Source: a virus (lineage: Duplodnaviria; Caudoviricetes). From it: a stretch of DNA of 57,918 bases. The stretch covers positions 1 to 57,918 of IMG/VR virus record IMGVR_UViG_3300026907_000064, one strand, 5' to 3'. Below the pieces are notes generated by a model. It had not been told where the DNA came from. It searched no databases and was given only the letters and a program-made list of their open reading frames with translations. Position 1 is the first letter of the stretch. The number at the start of each line of letters is the position of its first letter. Both the position numbers and the translations under genes were made by a program. Below are positions 55,442 to 57,918 of the stretch, piece after piece.

Positions 55442-56142
55442 ACCAGTCCATAACCTGGAAGGCGGTGCCGGCGGAGCCCACCAGCAACTGGACCAACGCC
55501 TTCGCCGCACGCGGGCCGCGGATCGGTACGTTCGACACCACCATCCGCGACGTGCTGGCGACCGCCCCGGAGCCGCCGTTCGACCTGCAGCAGGCGCTGC
55601 AGGACGTGCGCGCCGCGCTGGCGTTCCTTCCGCCCGCCGATGCCGCTGTCGCAGGACTGGATCGAATCATCGCCATTTTCGGCGCGGCAGCCGGCGGCAC
55701 CCAGGACGACACCCTGGCGCGCATGGGCAATACAGCCGACCACCAGGAAGGCTGGTACGCCGGGATTGAGCGCGGGCGAGCCGAGGCACGGGATACCGCT
55801 GGGATCGGCGCGCGGCAGTTGCAGGAGCGTGCCGACAAGGTCGTGATCATGAACGCCACCGGCGACCCGGATCTGTTCCTGCAAGCAGTCAAAGACCTGC
55901 TCGCGGCAGTCCGCATGTTCCGCCCCACTTCGGCTATGGGCATTGCGCGAGATGCGGAGCGGTATCACGGCTTTCGGACAGCAATCGCAAATCAAGACGT
56001 GACGTGGCTCGACATCATCGACGAAGCGTTGATGGCCATGGGAACCGCTCTAGATGAAGCACCGACCGCCGAACAGGTGGATCAGGCTGTTGATGCCGCT
56101 ATCGCCACTCGACAGGGTCAACGCACGGGGGACCCGGAATGA
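55438..56142 (+). CDS. Hypothetical phage protein (mosaic; RDAERY motif)
   Basis: Coupled start. WK.VP.EPT and RDAERY...DAAI motifs common in phage early proteins. Confidence 0.7.
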   Translation: MNQSITWKAVPAEPTSNWTNAFAARGPRIGTFDTTIRDVLATAPEPPFDLQQALQDVRAALAFLPPADAAVAGLDRIIAIFGAAAGGTQDDTLARMGNTADHQEGWYAGIERGRAEARDTAGIGARQLQERADKVVIMNATGDPDLFLQAVKDLLAAVRMFRPTSAMGIARDAERYHGFRTAIANQDVTWLDIIDEALMAMGTALDEAPTAEQVDQAVDAAIATRQGQRTGDPE

Positions 56143-56399
56143 CACCCCCCCCTCTGCAACGCTTCAAATTCCTGATTCTTCGCATGCCTCGCTTCAATGT
56201 CGGGCCAACAATGCGAGCACGCGCCAAGTCTGTGACGCTGGCCATAACCGTTCAGCGACGTTCGCGACTGAAAACGAAGCCAGTTTCCCGGTGTCTTTTC
56301 TTTCGTTCCGCAGGCACCAAGGATATGGACCGTATGACTACCTTTCGGCGATCCTTTCTTAGTCGGCCTGGTGTTGACGCGATATTGCTCAGCCTTCAT
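56118..56399 (-). CDS. Antisense moron: 93-aa protein with a putative zinc-binding H/C motif
   Basis: GGAG RBS, TAGAAT -10 at 56440-56435, and VH...AC...ACSHCWP. Confidence 0.5.
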   Translation of the reverse strand: MKAEQYRVNTRPTKKGSPKGSHTVHILGACGTKEKTPGNWLRFQSRTSLNGYGQRHRLGACSHCWPDIEARHAKNQEFEALQRGGCHSGSPVR

Positions 56400-56509
56400 A
56401 GCGGGTCGCTCCATCGGCAAGTTGAGTTCAGAAAATTCTACTCCGCGGGAGCACCCGTATGACCCACAAAAACAGCTTCGCGAGGGACGAATTCAGGAGG
56501 ATCCGATAA

Positions 56510-56989
56510 ATGTCCGACATTCCTCCGCGATTCATCCGCGTGGGCAAGGCGCCAGCGTATCTCGCGATGTGCCGCCGAGTATTCGATAAGGAAATACGCC
56601 CTCTTCTGCGGGAAATCAGCATCGGCAAACAAGGGATTGCCTTCGATCGCAAGGAACTCGACCTGGTCGCGGACGAGTATGCCGAGCGCATGGCAATTGA
56701 CAAGGCAGCACCTGCGGGCAACGATGCCCAACGCAGCGAGCGCCGCCATAGCCAAGGAGCATCAAGCCTATGGGGCAAAAAACAATCACCGGACTCACGC
56801 TCAAGGAAGGTATCTGGCACATCGACAAGGTCGTCCACGGGCATGGCCGAATTCGAGGCAGCACTGGCACAGGTGTACGCGCAGAAGCGGAGCAATTCCT
56901 CCTTGCGCGCATCGTCGAAGCCCAGGCCGCCAAAGCCGAGCAGCAGGATCAGCGGAAGACCTTCCGAGACGCAGCGACCCGCTACCTAA
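56510..56989 (+). CDS. Excisionase-like protein overlapping the integrase
   Basis: PRFIR...AP.YL.M....F..E.RP.......G..G..FDR..LD winged-helix pattern. AGGAGG RBS. Confidence 0.7.
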   Translation: MSDIPPRFIRVGKAPAYLAMCRRVFDKEIRPLLREISIGKQGIAFDRKELDLVADEYAERMAIDKAAPAGNDAQRSERRHSQGASSLWGKKQSPDSRSRKVSGTSTRSSTGMAEFEAALAQVYAQKRSNSSLRASSKPRPPKPSSRISGRPSETQRPAT

Positions 56990-57918
56990 AGGAGTACGCG
57001 CATCAGCCTTCAATCTGGCTCACCGGCACCTACCTGAAGCAGCTCGATCCATACATCGGCGAGCTGTATCTGGACGAGGTGGACGACGAGGCCTTGCAAC
57101 CCTACGTTGAGGACCGCCTGGAGCTGGGCCGCGCGCCGCGCACGATCAACATCGCGCTACAGCGCGTGGTTCGCGTCCTCAACGTCTGCGCCAGAAAATG
57201 GCGTGACGAGGAGCGCAAGCCGTGGCTCCGGACCGTGCCCATGATAGAAATGCTCAGCGAGAAATCGCGACGGCAGCCGTATCCACTTTCATGGGATGAG
57301 CAGGCCATCCTGTTCAAGGAACTCCCCGATCACCTGCTGGCCATGGCCCTCTACAAGGTGAACACGGGATGCCGCGAACAGGAGGTTTGCAAACTGCGAT
57401 GGGAGTGGGAAATCAAGGTGCCGGACCTGGAAACCAGTGTCTTCTTGATACCCGCTGATTTCGGCGGACGGTTCGATGATTCCGGCGTCAAGAACGGCGA
57501 GGAACGTCTGGTCGTGCTGAACGACGTGGCCAGGTCGATCATTCGCAAGCAGCGCGGCCTGCACCCCGAATGGGTTTTTCCCTACGAGGAGCGCGCGCTA
57601 CACCGGATGAACGACACGGCCTGGCGAAGCGCACGCAAACGCGCAGCTGAGAAGTGGAAGAAGTTGCACGGTGTGCCTGCACATCCCAGCTTTGGCCGGG
57701 TCCGCGTGCATGATTTGAAGCATACCTTCGGGCGCCGACTGCGCGCGGCGGATGTGCCGGAGGAAGATCGTAAGGCGCTGTTGGGCCATACGGTTGGTAG
57801 TATCACCTCGCATTATTCAGCAGCCGAACTGACCAAGCTGATTGAGTATGCGAACCGCATTGCAGCAACTGATACGCGCAGTCCGGCGTTGACGATGCTG
57901 AAGCGGCGGGCGGCTTAA
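56770..57918 (+). CDS. int: Tyrosine integrase
   Basis: TGCREQE, HDLKHTFG, LLGH and TSHYS catalytic motifs. AAGGAG RBS. Confidence 0.93.
   Translation: MGQKTITGLTLKEGIWHIDKVVHGHGRIRGSTGTGVRAEAEQFLLARIVEAQAAKAEQQDQRKTFRDAATRYLKEYAHQPSIWLTGTYLKQLDPYIGELYLDEVDDEALQPYVEDRLELGRAPRTINIALQRVVRVLNVCARKWRDEERKPWLRTVPMIEMLSEKSRRQPYPLSWDEQAILFKELPDHLLAMALYKVNTGCREQEVCKLRWEWEIKVPDLETSVFLIPADFGGRFDDSGVKNGEERLVVLNDVARSIIRKQRGLHPEWVFPYEERALHRMNDTAWRSARKRAAEKWKKLHGVPAHPSFGRVRVHDLKHTFGRRLRAADVPEEDRKALLGHTVGSITSHYSAAELTKLIEYANRIAATDTRSPALTMLKRRAA

Larger units (their letters stand above)
1..57918. mobile_element. Temperate podovirus-like prophage (F116/933W-like architecture), apparently near complete
   Basis: Integrase, recombination, cI/cro, replication, terminase, portal, capsid, tail, ejection and lysis modules lie in coherent order. 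No host housekeeping genes and no att repeats are visible. Confidence 0.93.

Noticed and set aside
1-57918. attL/attR repeats, tRNA or rRNA genes, IS elements
   Set aside because: The window starts and ends exactly at gene boundaries, so att sites probably lie outside it. I recognised no RNA genes or transposases.

Overview
The window is essentially one temperate, podovirus-type prophage in a GC-rich host. The codon style and protein families suggest a betaproteobacterium such as Achromobacter or Bordetella, but this is inference. It runs from a SRAP gene at the left edge to a tyrosine integrase at the right edge, and no att sites are visible. The architecture resembles the F116/933W-like group: N4-gp56-type capsid, P22-like portal, short tail genes, three ejection proteins including a ~3,275-aa polyvalent protein, a cI/cro switch with ACCC-N6-GGGT operators, replication, methylase, RusA and Q-like genes, and a recombination module. 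Accessory DNA includes a LexA-box-controlled gene pair, a HigB / HigA-Zn-peptidase / unknown-protein island, a CrpP-related gene and several antisense morons. The most striking observation lies inside the giant polyvalent gene. A phosphoribosyltransferase-like module flanked by 9-bp in-frame direct repeats carries a complete nested transcription unit: a TTGACT-17-TACATT promoter, a +1-frame 62-aa ORF and an intrinsic terminator. A second +1-frame ORF with a good RBS sits in another linker of the same gene. These look like overprinted immunity or regulator genes hidden in an injected effector protein. All protein-family calls come from motif recognition by eye, not database searches.
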